Assembly: GCA_044220955.1 (NCBI GenBank) | Contig: JBGAQA010000019.1 | Span: 1-64,000 of the forward strand | DNA: 64,000 bases | Reading direction: 5' to 3' | Source: Sandaracinaceae bacterium | Lineage (GTDB): Bacteria > Myxococcota_A > Polyangia > Polyangiales > Sandaracinaceae | In this document: positions 62,135-64,000 of the stretch, piece after piece | Layout of the letters: the number at the start of each line of letters is the position of its first letter | How positions within the stretch are numbered: the first letter of the stretch is position 1 | Program-made: the position numbers and the translations under genes | Notes under the pieces: model-generated | Databases searched by the model: none | What the model was told of the DNA's origin: nothing | Seen by the model: the letters and a program-made list of their open reading frames with translations, nothing else

Positions 62135-62647
62135 CTACGCCTTTCGGACGTCGAGGTGGCCGATGTAGTTCCGCTTGCCGAGGTCTACGCCGTTCGCGCG
62201 CAGGATCTGGTAGGCCAGCGTCATGTGGAAGTAGAAGTTCGGCATCGCCAGCTGCCGGACGAAGTCCGTCGCGAGCATCACCGTACCGGGCGCGAACGCC
62301 AGCGGCACGAGCCGCGCCTCGGCGCCCTCGAAGTCCGCGGGCGAGAAGGTCTTCAGGTACTCGCGCACCTTCTGGATGCGCACGCGGACCTCCTCGAGCG
62401 TCTGCTCCGTGTCGGGGTGCTTCGGCGGCTCGCGCCCCGCGACCCGCGCCGCGGCCGCTTTGGCCTGGTCGCACGCCGCCGTGATCTGTCGCAGCAGGGG
62501 GTACTGGTCGGGCGCCATCCGAGCGCTCAGCAGGTTGGCGAAGTCGAAGTTCTTGGCCTTCGCGTGCGCGACGCCCGCATCGAGCCAGGCGTCGACGTTG
62601 TCGAGGTACTTGAGCGCGGGAGGGACGATCTCGTCGTAGAGGGACAT
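62135..62647 (-). CDS. DUF1993 (DinB-like) protein
   Basis: ARMAPDQYPL, PNFYFHMTLAYQILR..GVDLGKRNY. Confidence 0.9.
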   Translation of the reverse strand: MSLYDEIVPPALKYLDNVDAWLDAGVAHAKAKNFDFANLLSARMAPDQYPLLRQITAACDQAKAAAARVAGREPPKHPDTEQTLEEVRVRIQKVREYLKTFSPADFEGAEARLVPLAFAPGTVMLATDFVRQLAMPNFYFHMTLAYQILRANGVDLGKRNYIGHLDVRKA

Positions 62648-62721
62648 CGCCGCCCCGTACCCCCGCGCCCGCGGCCCCGTCAAGCGATCCCGCGGCGTGC
62701 GTCGTGGTATGCCCAGGCGCG

Positions 62722-64000
<1,279 letters not shown>

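Overview
Very GC-rich bacterial DNA, most likely Myxococcota (Polyangia/Sandaracinus-like; inferred from a MYXO-CTERM-type sorting tail, three Hanks-type Ser/Thr kinases, a kinase-lipoprotein-TPR cluster and Cys-rich surface proteins). The window is mostly core genome: a complete ISC Fe-S operon (iscS-iscU-iscA-hscB-hscA-fdx), lexA, comEC, an RpoH-type sigma factor, deoC, gap-pgk-tpiA-secG, rpmB, an RluA-family synthase, a heterodimeric ABC exporter, a CoA transferase, a 5'-3' exonuclease, two divergent citrate-synthase-family genes and an FAD oxidoreductase cut by the window end. The first 4.5 kb is a patchy region with CTCGNN microsatellite tracts, tandem paralogs and gene remnants. I found no rRNA, tRNA, CRISPR array, transposase or integrase. 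Strongest novelty candidate: the ISC operon is headed by a MerR-family regulator with a 5-Cys C-terminal motif and a MerR-like palindrome, not by an IscR/Rrf2 regulator. Other leads are a complete sigma54 promoter-RBS-68 aa ORF-terminator unit, a CTGT-N8-ACAG box at lexA, and an HTH-fused citrate-synthase-like protein facing a repeat-rich intergenic region. All family calls come from motif recognition by eye; no database searches were run.
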